Shown: piece by piece, positions 1 to 11,441 of the stretch
Layout of the letters: each line of letters opens with the position of its first letter
How positions within the stretch are numbered: position 1 is the stretch's first letter
Program-made: the position numbers and the translations under genes
Notes under the pieces: generated by a model
Database searches by the model: none
Told to the model about the DNA's origin: nothing
What the model saw: the letters and a program-made list of their open reading frames with translations, nothing else
Assembly (NCBI GenBank): GCA_043228905.1
Contig: JBHGNT010000022.1
Location: 6,882,001-6,946,000, forward strand
Reading direction: 5' to 3'
DNA from: Azolla caroliniana
Taxonomy: Eukaryota > Plantae > Polypodiophyta
Length of the DNA: 64,000 bases

Positions 1-53
1 TGTAATCCGGCTAAGCCAGTTTGTCTACAAGCATCCACACGTTATTCTTTTCA
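1..53 (+). mobile_element. 3' end of an LTR (ends ...TTTTCA) interrupting the integrase of copia A1
   Basis: Resembles the end of the LTR at 63427-63960 (cggctaagc...tttgtcta/tttatcta...ttttca/ttttaca); integrase motif RTDNGGEY resumes immediately after. Confidence 0.5.
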
Positions 54-2460
54 GTTGTCCGAACCGACAATGGTGGTGAATATAAAGGGCAATTTGAGGA
101 ATACTGCAAGGCCCATGGTATTCAAATCGAATACACTATACCAAAGACCCCTTAGTTGAATGGGTTTTCAAAGAGGATGAATCGAACAATCATGGAGAGA
201 GTAAGGAGCATGCTCTCTCACGCAAAACTGTCGAAATTGTACTGGGATTGAGGCGATGTACACAGTTGTTTACCTGATCAACAGGTCCCCCTTAGTACCA
301 TTCTGTCCCACAGAGGGTGTGGATAGGAAAGGATGACTTCTACCGACACCTAAGGGTGTTTGGATGCGTAGTGTATATACATGTGGCTAAGGATCAGAGG
401 TCGAAGCTCGATATTCATGGGATACTCGGAGGACGAGTTCGGCTACAGGCTATGGGACCTTGTCAACAAGAAGGTAGTGAGCAGTCGGGATGTATTCTTC
501 TTGGAAGAAAAGACAATAGAGGATTGGGAGCAACAGGATTTTGAATTGACTTCCTAGTCGCCTACCATTACCATCGACGTAAGCCAAGTGAACCGACACA
601 GTCGGTTGTTCAGAGACTGTCAGTCGGTATAGCCGAATCCGAGTTGGTGGACTCGAAGCAACTAACAAATACAAAAGGGTCGGAGTTGGAAGACCTATTG
701 AAGTCGATCGAAGAATACGAATCGGAATCAGCTAACTCCCAATGATCGATCGACACATATGAATCCGAGCCGAGAGAAGAGTCGGCAAAGACATTTGAAC
801 CAGAGCCGACAACAAGTGGAAGGAGATACCCACTCAGAGAATGGAGAGCATCGATGACATATGCCAATCAATACATCCTCTTGGCCAATGAAGGTGAGCC
901 ACAGTGCTATGAAGAAGCCATAGCTAATGAGCACAAGGAGAAATGACTAAGCGCAATTCAAGATGAGATGGACTCCCTGCATGAAAACTACACCTATGAC
1001 CTGGTAGAACTACCGAAAGGTAAGAGAGCACTCAAGAACAAATGGGTCTACAAGGTGAAGATTGGAGAAGTCGACAACACACTCAGGTACAAAGCCCGCA
1101 TTGTGGTAAAGGGGTTGCAATAGAAAAAGGGTGTCAATTTCGACGAAATATTCGCACCAATCGTGAAGATGGTATCAATCCGAATTGTTCTGAGCATTGC
1201 TGCGAGCATGAATCTGGAGATCGAACAAATGGATGTCAAGAAGGAATTCTTGCAGGGGGAGCTGGATGAAGAGATCTACATGCAGTAGCCCAAAGGCTTT
1301 GTGGAGAAAGGGAAAGAGAACCTTGCGTGTCGACTGAAGAAAAGCTTGTATGGGTTGAAACAAGCTATGTGCCAATGGTACAAGAAGTTTGAATCCTTCA
1401 TGATGGAACATCGGTTCTAGAAAGCACAGGTTGATCACTGTGTGTTCGTCAAAAGGTACAAAGAAGGTGGCTTCTTGATTCTCTTATTATATGTGGATGA
1501 CATGTTGATAGTCAAACAAGACACAAAGAGGATCATGAGCTTGAAGAAAGCACTAGGCAAGTCCTTTGCCATAAAAGATCTTGGACCGGCTAAATAGATC
1601 TTAGGGATGCACATAGTTTGAGATAGAAGTAAGAAAGTGTTGTGGTTGTCAAAAGAGAAATACGTGACAAAGATCCTAGAAAGATTCAACATGTTAGAGT
1701 CAAGGCAAGTTGGCTCTATGTTGCCGATCAACTACAAGCTGAATGCCAAGCAATGCCCAAGAGGGGAGAAAGAAAAGGTTGAGATGAAGAAAGTACCATA
1801 TGCCTCAGCCGTCGGCAGTTTAATGTATGCTATGGTTTGTACAAGACCAAACATAGCATTTGTTGTGGGGGCAATAAGCCGATATATGAGTAATCCAGGT
1901 AGAGAACACTAGGCAGTAGTGAAATGGATACTCGGGTACTTAAAAGGCACCTCAGGTGTGTGCCTTAGATATGGTGTCGGAAAACCCATGCTTGAGGGGT
2001 TTACCGACTTGGACATGTTGGGGGATGTAGACTCAAGTCGATCCACTTCAGGTTACGTGATGACCGATGTAGGGGGAGCAGTGTCGTGGCAATCACGATT
2101 GCAAAAGTATGTGGCGTTGTCAACCACAAAGGCAGAGTACATGGCAGTGGTAGAGGAAAGGAAAGAGCTAATATGGATGAGAAATTTCCTCACCAAGTTG
2201 GGGATGAAGCAAAGGGATTTCTTGCTTCATTGTGTCAGCCAGAGTGCCATACATCTAGCAAAGAATTCTGCATACCACTCTCGAACTAAGCACATACAAA
2301 GAAGGTATCACTGTTTGCGGGAAAAAGTGGAAGAAGAAGATTTTACCTTGGTAAAGATCCATACTGACGACAATGGATCTAACATACTGACAAAGATTCT
2401 ACCGATGGATAGACTCAGAGTCTATTGACAAAGGACTGGACTAACCGACTCCACCCATAG
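54..2460 (+). pseudogene. Degenerate copia pol (INT-RT-RH) with many stops and frameshifts
   Basis: ORF pieces 317-544, 1637-1912 and 1919-2428 plus in-frame stops in RT. Confidence 0.9.
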
Positions 2461-2478
2461 GAGAGTGAAGGGGGAGTC

Positions 2479-3076
2479 TATTAGGAATATGTCCCTCCTA
2501 TGGGAGCAGCCGACTAGTCGGTTTGAGTGTCGACAGTCGAAGACATGGAGAGTCGATAGTAGGAGAGTCCAAGCCGTGGACACGACCAACTAGCCAGGCC
2601 AACGGGATGGTCGAAGATAAGGCCGACTAGTTGGGCCAACTGGACAACCGACACTGGAGTCGACTAGTTGATTAGTCGGCTGAATAATTATTATTGTTAT
2701 AATAGGAATAGCCCATACAATGTATAAGTATAAATAAACTTAGGGCAAACATTGTAAGTGTATAGAATAGAAATGTTGTGAGCCTCCATTGTTAGAGTGA
2801 GATAGAGAAGAGAGAGGGCTAGAGGGAACAACGCCATAGCTAAGTGAGCTTAGACGGCAAGAACCCTGTGAGGCTGTTACACTCTGCAGTGAAAGAGTGT
2901 TTGTAATCTCGTCGTCTTGTACATCCACAATATAGTGCAGATCTGTTCTCCTGTGGTTTTCCCCATTTAGGGTTTCCACGTAAAATTGTGTACCTTGTTC
3001 ATTTTGTTGTTTTTCTGTTTCCTAGTTGTGTATTTTCGGCATATCTTTCTCACGAATATTCGATTTGAATTCAACA
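2479..3076 (+). repeat. 3' LTR of copia A1
   Basis: Follows the PPT; TATAAATA near 2729; copia-type GTGGTTTT...GGGTTTCCAC motif near 2953; ends TCAACA. Confidence 0.7.
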
Positions 3077-5395
3077 AACTTCTTCTTGTCAACTTCCCAA
3101 ATTGTCGAGTGTGATATCCCGTTCATTATTCTCCTACAACATTCTAGCAACATTGTTGTTGTTGGCTTTGTCTACCCATTCCTTAGTCGCCTTCCGAACT
3201 ACTTCCTGCACTTCCCACTCGGATTGTTTGGTTTTGGTCCGAGTTGTGACTTGTTACACTTCCGCAGTTACCATGTTTACCACTAGAGCCTTCCCTTTGT
3301 CTTTCGTCAGACATTGATTTGCATAGTGTCCATCTTTTCTACAGATGTAGCAATTAGGTACTGATGGTCCATTGGATTCCCCGTTCTCATAACGCGATTA
3401 TCAAACATCCTATGGCTCTGGCTCATCTCAGGCTTTAGAATTATATTGGAATTGTCAGGATGCCTTGGGTCCCTTATTGTCGTCCCGTCTGTCGTCATTG
3501 AATCGACGATTAGGTGGTCAATTGTCATCATTTCGCCTTTGGTCATAAGAACTTCAATCATCATGATATTGATGACCTTTGTAAGGGTGTCGATCATTTC
3601 TATCATGCCTTGGTGAATAGTCACAGTCATAGTTGTTATGAGTATCCCTCCTATAATCATCTTGACGATCATCTTCTCTCCAATAATCATTGTAATGGTC
3701 ATCGTTTCAATAATCGCCCCTCTGATTTTGATCCGACCAATAATGATCATTGTATCTTGGCTGATCCTCGTCCTGAAAACGGTGCATCTACCGATTTCTC
3801 TCATCTTGGCAGTCGTCTTGAGGTTGTATCTGTCTTACCAGGGCCGCGACTTTGTTCAGAAGATTATATTCGCACTGATCGATCATATGTGCCTTTGAAT
3901 GATAGATCGGACAATGTGTGTGGAATGTGCATTCGATTGTAGAATGCCCTAGATTCAAACATGTCATGTTTTGAATTGCCTGTCGGAACCTTAATTCCTC
4001 CGTGGTAGGCAAGGACTTTTGTAATGATGCCATAGACATACTATTACTTGTTTGCATTTTATCCATTATGAATGCCTTGTCAATCACTTGTTCTAGTGAT
4101 TGATCTTTAAAATCAATCACAGCTAACGTTGTTCGAAGTGGCTCTCGTAGGGCCGACAAGAAAGTATCTTTCACATCTTCCTCGGGAAGAGGTCGTGCTA
4201 ACTACCTCCGTAGGTTTGAAACTGAATAATGAATTGTGGAATCGTCTCATGAGCTTCTTGATCAGTTATATAGAATTGACTCATGAGCTCTCTCTTTGGA
4301 ATTTGTCTATGGAATAACCTAAGAAATTTGCTAGTCAGTTGTTTAAAGGATTCAAACTCACCTACCTTATGTTGTGAGTACCAATTTGCCAATTACCTGT
4401 CAAGCGACAATCCGAATTCGATGATCTTTGATTTGTTAGCATCTGCTTCTGATAATCTTTGTGACACATTGTTAGCTTGCCATCTGGTAAGGAAAGCGCG
4501 CATATGTGCCTCTACGTCGGCCTCATCATTGTATTCGGGATAGGGATACGACATTGTATCATCCTCAAAAACTTCTCCTAAGTTTCTCAAGTAACGGTGC
4601 TAGTCAGACGGCTCCTCGTCTGAACTACTATAGGTGTATAAACCGGGAACTTCTCTTAATTCCCCTTCAACTTCTTGCAGGATTTGTTCGACAAACTTTG
4701 AACTATTGGAATTACCTTCTTCTGCACATTGGCTCTCCGATCTCGTGCGTGGTCTTCTACTTCCTGCAGGCTCGTCTGTCTCTGATCGACTAAGTGACAT
4801 CCATTCACCTTGTTCTCTGCTCGCAGCAGATGTAATTGGGCGTGCCAAAATATTATGGTGTCTCTCTGTCGACCGACACAATGAGTCGAACTTCTTACTC
4901 CTTAAGTCGATCTATCAATAAGATTGTGGTTGGAGATATGGTGTTTGTCGACACTAGTTACATACTCAAATCTTTACGTAACAACGGTTACTCGGAACTC
5001 AATTAATGAGGCTTAGAACATAAGCTTTTGATCGATTGTTAGTTATAAATATAATCTGTGTAATCAAGAACATATTAGAACATGCGACATAGTAAATAAA
5101 TAGAGAACATGAATTAGAGCAGTTGACACAGTAAATATTCAAAATAGTCCGATAATGATACAATGCTCTCGGCCCCTTTTTATAGGCGACCTGAGAGACT
5201 CTTTCAAGATAGTACACTTGCCTGTTCGGCAAGAACCACAGTTACACTAACTATCCTATTTCCCAAATTACTCTATTTTGTACTTGGAAAAAATTACAAT
5301 TCGACTACTATCTTTTCACATTCGTCCGACTCCGACTACTTTGTTGACCTTTAGACTTCGGGTAGTCGACCAACTAACACTAGTCATACAAAACA
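3077..5395 (-). mobile_element. Ty3/gypsy element G (same lineage as B/D/E): 5' LTR (4851-5395), PBS, degenerate gag; interrupted by copia A1
   Basis: Gag pieces YPYPEYNDEADVEAH..W.AN.VSQRL and FLSALREPLRT match gags of B/D/E; CCHC motifs; minus-strand TGGCACGCCC at 4838-4847 next to the LTR; minus-strand TATAAAA near 5180. Confidence 0.8.
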
Positions 5396-6250
5396 TGTTA
5401 TCTTTCTACAGTATAAGTTGTTGTAATAATAAACTTACATCACCACTACAACTTATCATTTGTACTTTGTATCATTGCACATTTCTGAGATTCCATGAAT
5501 GTGATCATTTTGAAGGCTTTGAATAAAACATTGGCAAAGTTTTAATCATGAGTACATGACAACCTGCTTTCATTTTTACCTAAACTCGTGTCCAATATTA
5601 TTGTATTTTCCTTATGAATATTAATCATTGGCTATAGGTGCTAATGATGGGGAGCATAGACATCATAAGAGATACTGAGATATGAATGGAATGGATTTGG
5701 GTTTAAATGTCAAGAAAGTAAAATTAAGAGTGTAACAAATGACAATGAGCTTCCTATTTTTTACTTCCTCTTTATATCACTATATCACAATGGACAGGCA
5801 AAGATGGTGTCTGTAAGAGCTACAACTACAATTCAGAATTGATTGAAGATTGCTTGATGTTCTACACATACATGAATATTATTTACGAAACAATTATATG
5901 CATTATGGTGGCATGCCACATGGAAGGCTCAATTTCATTTGGTTATGCTATATGGTGGTATCTACAAAAGAATGCGTGGATGTGTGGTGCACAAGACTGC
6001 TCCTTAGCCCTCATAGTCCACAGAACCCACTGGGCATGGGTAACGATTGGATGTACGCAAATTGGCACGAGCAAAATTTATCTCGCTCTGGGAAACCACA
6101 CCATTGGTGGACTTCACATCAGGACATCCAAAATGGTGCTTCCAGCCCCCTCACTAGCTCTACCCCCCTAGCAAATCACCTAGAAAACACATTTTAGACA
6201 TGGAGTTTTTGAATATCCATAAGGACCACTTGTAAAAAGAAAGAAAGTGT

Positions 6251-6501
6251 TGTTATAGAATAGAGTGATTAAGTAAGATCAAAGAATGATTAGATATTAA
6301 TCACGATCACAATACAATATCTAGATAGAACTCATAGGCTATGCTCATCTTTATATCTTCAAAATGATTGAGATACATAAGTTTTATGACTTACAAGATG
6401 ATGAGATGCATGCATACTATTTACATCATGAAGTCTTCTTAACTAGAGTTTAAGACTAAGATAAGTATAGCATAACTCCTATTATGCATGAGTTCATAAC
6501 A
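6251..6501 (-). repeat. 3' LTR of the Bianca copia; PPT adjacent at 6502-6515
   Basis: Near-identical to 24557-24807; adjacent CTCCCCCTCATCTC is a minus-strand PPT. Confidence 0.92.
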
Positions 6502-6519
6502 CTCCCCCTCATCTCATCA

Positions 6520-7796
6520 TCATTGGTTTAGCTCATCAGCTCTGATAATCTTTTGAGTCCAAGAGAAGGAATGTTTAGCCAATGTTTTGATGCAGGTAAA
6601 CTTTTGGTAAAAATATCTGCCAAGTTCTTGCTTGATTGAATAGGTTGTATGTTGATATAATTATCATTAAGCTCACGAGTAAAGAAAAACTTGGGAGAAA
6701 TATGTTTGATTCGATCACCTTTAATAAAGCCTTTCTTGAATTGATTAATACAAGCATAATTATCTTCATAGATAATTGTTGGTAATGATGGGCCGATAAA
6801 ATCACAAGAACTTTCAATATGCCCAATTAAGCGTTGTAACCATAGGCATTCTCAGCTTGCTTCATGTAATGCCAATATCTCAGCATGATTTGAAGATGTT
6901 GCAGCCAATGTTTGCTTTGTTGATCGCCAAGAGATCGTTGTGCCACCAAAAAGGAAAACATATCCTATTTGTGATCTGCCAACGTGAGGGTCAGATAAAA
7001 ACCCAGCATCAGAATAACCGGTCAATTGACTGTGCATAGAATCGCTGGTAAAGAAAAGACCCATATCTTGAGTGCCTTGTAAATATCGGAAAATCTGCTT
7101 AATTCCAATCCAGTGTCTTTTGGTAGGATCGTGACTATATCGAGCCAGCAAATTGACAACGAACGAAATGTCCGGACGCGTACAATTGGCCAAGTACATA
7201 AGAGCACCAACAACAGCCATGTAAGGATATTGTGGTCCCAATGTTGACTCGTTAGAAGATCTTGGCCGAAATGGGTCACGAGAAGGATCCAGAGAGCGCA
7301 CAACCATAGGAGTTCTAATAGAATGAGCTTGATCCATAGAAAACCGTTTTAATATTTTATGGATATAAGAGCTCTGATGAAGAAGAGTTCCATTAGATAG
7401 GTGCTCAATCTGAAGACCCAAGCAGAATGTAGTTAAACTGAGATCTTTCATTTCAAATTGGCATCTAAGCATAGCAACAACATCTTCAATAGCATTGGAT
7501 GTTCCAGTAATATTGAGATCATCAACATAAATAGCAATGATGACAAATTCTTTGAGATAATGCTTGATAAATATACAAGGACAAATATCATCATTCTTAA
7601 ATCCATGAGAAAGAAGATATTGAGAAAGATGTTGATACAACATACGACTGGCTTGTTTAAGTCCATAAAGTGACTAACATAACTTGATCGATGGATTGAG
7701 AAATTTTCCAAGCTGCATAGATTTGCAAAGTTCTTCAGGTATCTTCATGTATATATCTTTATCCAAATCACCATAAAGATAGGCTATAACCACATC
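6520..7796 (-). pseudogene. Bianca RT C-terminus and RNase H
   Basis: ORF 6852-7643 (YVDD, MYLANCTRPDI, SWRSTKQTL, NHAEILALHEAS); continues from 17173-17848 across insertion B. Confidence 0.9.
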
Positions 7797-7801
7797 CATG
7801 A

Positions 7802-8225
7802 TGTTAACTCTTAGGGCCGGACAATGGCCTAACACAGGGTGTCTACGGAAGACACTTCACCAAAGGGGTGTTACGGCAAGAGGATTAGGCTCAACGATTA
7901 ATCCGACTTAATTAGGTTACTTAGCAAGATCGTCCTTAATAATCACACGCGTAAGATATAACAATGAATGCAGAACGACAATTAACATAGAGAGATAAAA
8001 ACATTGAGCTTCATTAATTATCCGCTCAACATTACATTGTATCCGGGCCTTTAAATAGGTTTCCGGTTTCAGTGCCATTCGCACCTGTTCGGGATCGGTC
8101 CAGATCCGGAACGGCATACCGATTCCGGTCCGTCCGTCCACACTAATAGCTCACTTATAACCATTCCTTAATAATTAAATAACTCCTTCGTTTCACACTC
8201 TGGACTCCTTTGCTGGCCGGTAACA
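7802..8225 (-). repeat. 3' LTR of B (424 bp)
   Basis: TGTTA...TAACA termini; matches 16797-17167 and is related to the LTRs of E. Confidence 0.92.
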
Positions 8226-8227
8226 CA

Positions 8228-8267
8228 TGGCACGCCCGTGGGACAGTACCTTGTATGTCGAATCCAC
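8228..8267 (-). other. tRNA-3'-half-like motif ending in CCA at the PPT position of B
   Basis: Element sense GTGGATTCGA-catacaaggtact-GTCCCACGGGCGTGCCA, then TG, then the LTR. Confidence 0.85.
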
Positions 8268-8280
8268 CATCCGACCCTTG

Positions 8281-11052
8281 CTATTCTTCGTCCAAAATAT
8301 CCAAAATGCTTTGTTTGAGAGTCTCCAATGGTTCATCTGGAATTGGTTGTTGTTGTTGTTGTTGTGGTTGTTGCTGCTGTTATTGCTGCTCCGTTGATGG
8401 CTGCTACGGCTGCTCCTCCATTTGTTGCTCTGACACTGGCGTTACCGTCGTAGTGGTCTCCGTTTGACTGGTTCCGGCCTAGCCCTCGTCCGGCGACGGT
8501 TCCTCATCACTAAGGTTAACCGTTGCCGCTTCTCGTGCTTTTTCTTCCCGAACCCGGGACCGCTCGTAGCTCTCAAACTGGATTTGAGCATCCAGCCTAT
8601 CATCGTCTAGCTGAGCTACGAGTTGCCGGACCTACACCAGTTCTTCATCCGTCAGGACTTGGAAGTCTTCGGCCAGCTCGTCCCGTATGGCGGTGAAGTC
8701 CTCGGAAGTCAACATGTAACAATCATCTCCTTCCTTCCGCCGGTTTTCCACGTCTGCCCGTAGCAATTGGAGTTCCGCCGTATTTTGTGCCCACTTTGTC
8801 CACCATCTTACGGAGCTTTCGTCAATCAAGCATTTTGTCTGATTCAGCCATGGCCGGAGGATGCACTGAATCCTGCCCGTTCCCATCTGCGATTTGATCT
8901 CCGCAGCTTGTTGTTCCTCCTTCAATTGCTTGATGATTTTGACGTTGTCTTCCGCCTACTCCTTGTAATGCGTCAATTGCCCTTCATATGTGCTTTGTAA
9001 TTTTTGCAATATTGTTGACGCTCTCTCCCTTTCTTCCTGTTGTTGCCTCTGGAGCTCCATCCAGACACTCTCCGCCTCGTCCAGCCGTCTTGTATTTTCC
9101 GCTCGTTCGTCGGCGAGCGCCGTCGCGGCCTGATCAACTTCCTGCCGGAGCTCGGCCATCCGTTCCTTATGCTCCGTTTCTAGCCGTTTGTAGTCCCAGT
9201 GCAGGTGCTCAAAATCATCTGTCTTTTGCTTGAGCCGTACATTGATCTGTCGACGGGCCCGATCCTCGCGGTCCTTCTACTGGCGGAGCTCCTCCTTTAG
9301 CCGTTCAATTTCCATTTCCGCCGTCTTCCGCAGCTTGTCCTTTTCCTGCAGCACTTTGTCTTTTTCCTCCCTTAGCCGGTCGTAAGCTTGATGGCCTTTT
9401 CAGAGGCTCTCCTCTACCCGGCTGAGGTTCTCAGCAGTCTTCTTTAATTCTGCTTTGGCCGAGGTCTTCAATTCCCGTTCACGGCTCCTTGGCGCTTCTT
9501 GTGCGGCAAGTTCATCTCTCAATTCCGCAAGCTCCTGGGCTTGCGCTGCATCTCTCTCTGGAATGGTTTCCGTTGCCGGGGTCTTATTAGTATGTACAGG
9601 TTGGTCTGTTTCTTTACTCTGTACACTTACCGGAGTCACCGGTGCTTGGATCTGTGTTGCCGTTAAGGCCATTTTGGCCATTTCTGTCGTGACTTGATCC
9701 AAGTCTTTTTCAAGGCACCGGATTCTGGACTGGGCCGTCTCTAGTTGTTCGGTTGTGATGAGCACCCGTTCGCTTTGCGCTCTTTCTTCCGCCTCAATAT
9801 ACCCCACTGCTCTGGCAATCTATTCTCCTATCCACCGGAGCCACAAGCTACTGGTGCATTGTTGTTGCGCTTGCACGGAGGTTTGACGGATGGGCTCGCT
9901 TGTGGGTGGGTGGTCCCGCCTGATTGCGCCAAGTTGCAATTCCATTTCTGCTCGTGGATCACCCTGTTGTCCTGGTTCCCCTTGCGCTTCTTCTTGGTTG
10001 ACCGAGGGAGGCTGCATTGACCTTTCTGGCTCTGGCGGAACGGGACTTGCCGGTGTTGCCGGTGGTGCAGGGGCTTCTGATTCCGGTGCCATGCGCACCG
10101 GTTCCGGTTCCTCCCTTGGCGTGGGAGTCTCAGTATGGGGAGCCGGTGTTCCCTCCGTCTGAGGGTCCGAACGTTTCCCGGCTGCCTCAACGGTCCTTGA
10201 CGACAACCGTCGCTGGAGGTGCTCCGTAGGCTCCTCCTCTATTTCCTCTTCCTGAGTCCCGGCATTGAGTTTCGCCGCCAAGGGGTCCGCTTCTCTATTC
10301 ACCGGTCGGCGGAGTGTAATCTTTACGGGCCGTACCGGTGGTTCCTCCTACGCATCCGTTGGCCGCTTCCGGCTGGCGCTCTCCTTTCCCGCCTGTTCTG
10401 TGTCCGCCGCCTTCCCCTTAGTGGCCTTAGAGGCCAACAACTGTTGTCTTTTGGAAGCAGTCTTTGGGGTGCCGTCCACCACTCTTCCCCACTTCTTGGG
10501 CTCGACGGGCTCAACGGGTGGCACAAGCAAGGTGAGCCATTGCGTTACTACGTGCCATATCTTCCGTCCGTCTCGACCTTCTTTGCCATCTTTTCCTCTG
10601 ACGATCTCGATCGCCGCACACAAACCGTCTGCGATCAATACCGACCAATCCACCTTGATCCCTTCATAGGTGGTGATGATCATCCCTGCCCGGTTCTACG
10701 GCATGACAGGGGGTCTAGGGTACACACGGTCGTATTCGTGGAGCACACGGGCAATCTCGCGGAACAACATATCTCCGCCGACCTGTGTCCAGTAGCCCTT
10801 GCTGGCTAGGGAGTACTCACCAAAATACTTGATGAGTTGCTCCAAGGTCGGATTGTCGATCGTGAATATGCCTCCCTCCGGAAGGCCTGTTAATGCACGG
10901 ATCGCCTCCTCCGTTATGACCTCTGTGTCGATTTCTTTGATCACCTTGTCGGCTTCTTTGTGTGGCGGTGCCTCCATAATCGTCAAGAAGCCCTCGAGTC
11001 CGTGTTGGTTTAGCCATTTCTTGGCGGCTTCCGACAGCGTTTGTGGGTCCAT
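8281..11052 (-). pseudogene. Extra ORF3 of B (N-terminal plant-transposon-type domain plus long coiled coil), several stops
   Basis: MDPQTLSEAAKKW...ITEEAIRALTGLP...EGIKVDW; E/K/R/Q-rich heptads; ends ILDILDEE*; colinear with 44984-47760. Confidence 0.8.
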
Positions 11053-11441
11053 GTCTGTGTCGAGGTCGGATTGTGGTGGCGAGGTTGGATGGTGATGAGA
11101 GTGAGAGTGAGAGAGAGAGAGAGTTCTAAAAGCGGGGGTTCTCTGTGCGTAGGTTCTCGTCTGATGATCTGCCAACGCCTTGGTGCTTCTATGCTCCTGG
11201 GTTCGCGAAATGAGAAGGTCTCCATGCGCTGTGGTTTTTCTCTGTGCATTCTGGCGCCTTTTTCGAGCGTGTGCACGTCGTGTCCTAAAATAGCATTATG
11301 TCCTGTGGCGGCGCTTAAATGCCCACTACGTACCTTTTCGCTCCTCGCTCTCTCGTCCGTTCATACCTCGCTTTTGCATGATTACTTCGCTTTTTTTTTC
11401 TTTCTTTTTTTTTCTTTTTTTTTTTTAAATGTAGTGTGAGG

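Larger units (their letters stand above)
54..3076 (+). mobile_element. Ty1/copia retrotransposon A1 (Tork/Tnt1-like), 3' part: integrase, RT, RNase H, PPT, 3' LTR
   Basis: [11 protein letters not shown] and LRVFGC; RT LLYVDDM and PYASAVGSLMYAMVCTRP; RNase H GGAVSWQS and HSRTKHI; PPT AGGAGAGTGAAGGGGGAG at 2459-2476. Confidence 0.9.

Noticed and set aside
5640-6245. Possible decayed DNA-transposase or gene fragment (ORF 5850-6197), perhaps continuing after 24812
   Set aside because: No motif I can confidently recognise.
8226-8245. Reading TGGCACGCCCGTGGGAC as the ordinary PBS of a plus-strand element
   Set aside because: All ORFs and LTR TATA/polyA signals run the other way, a TGG PBS exists at the true 5' end of D, E and G, and the far end has no PPT. 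Kept only as a refutation test.
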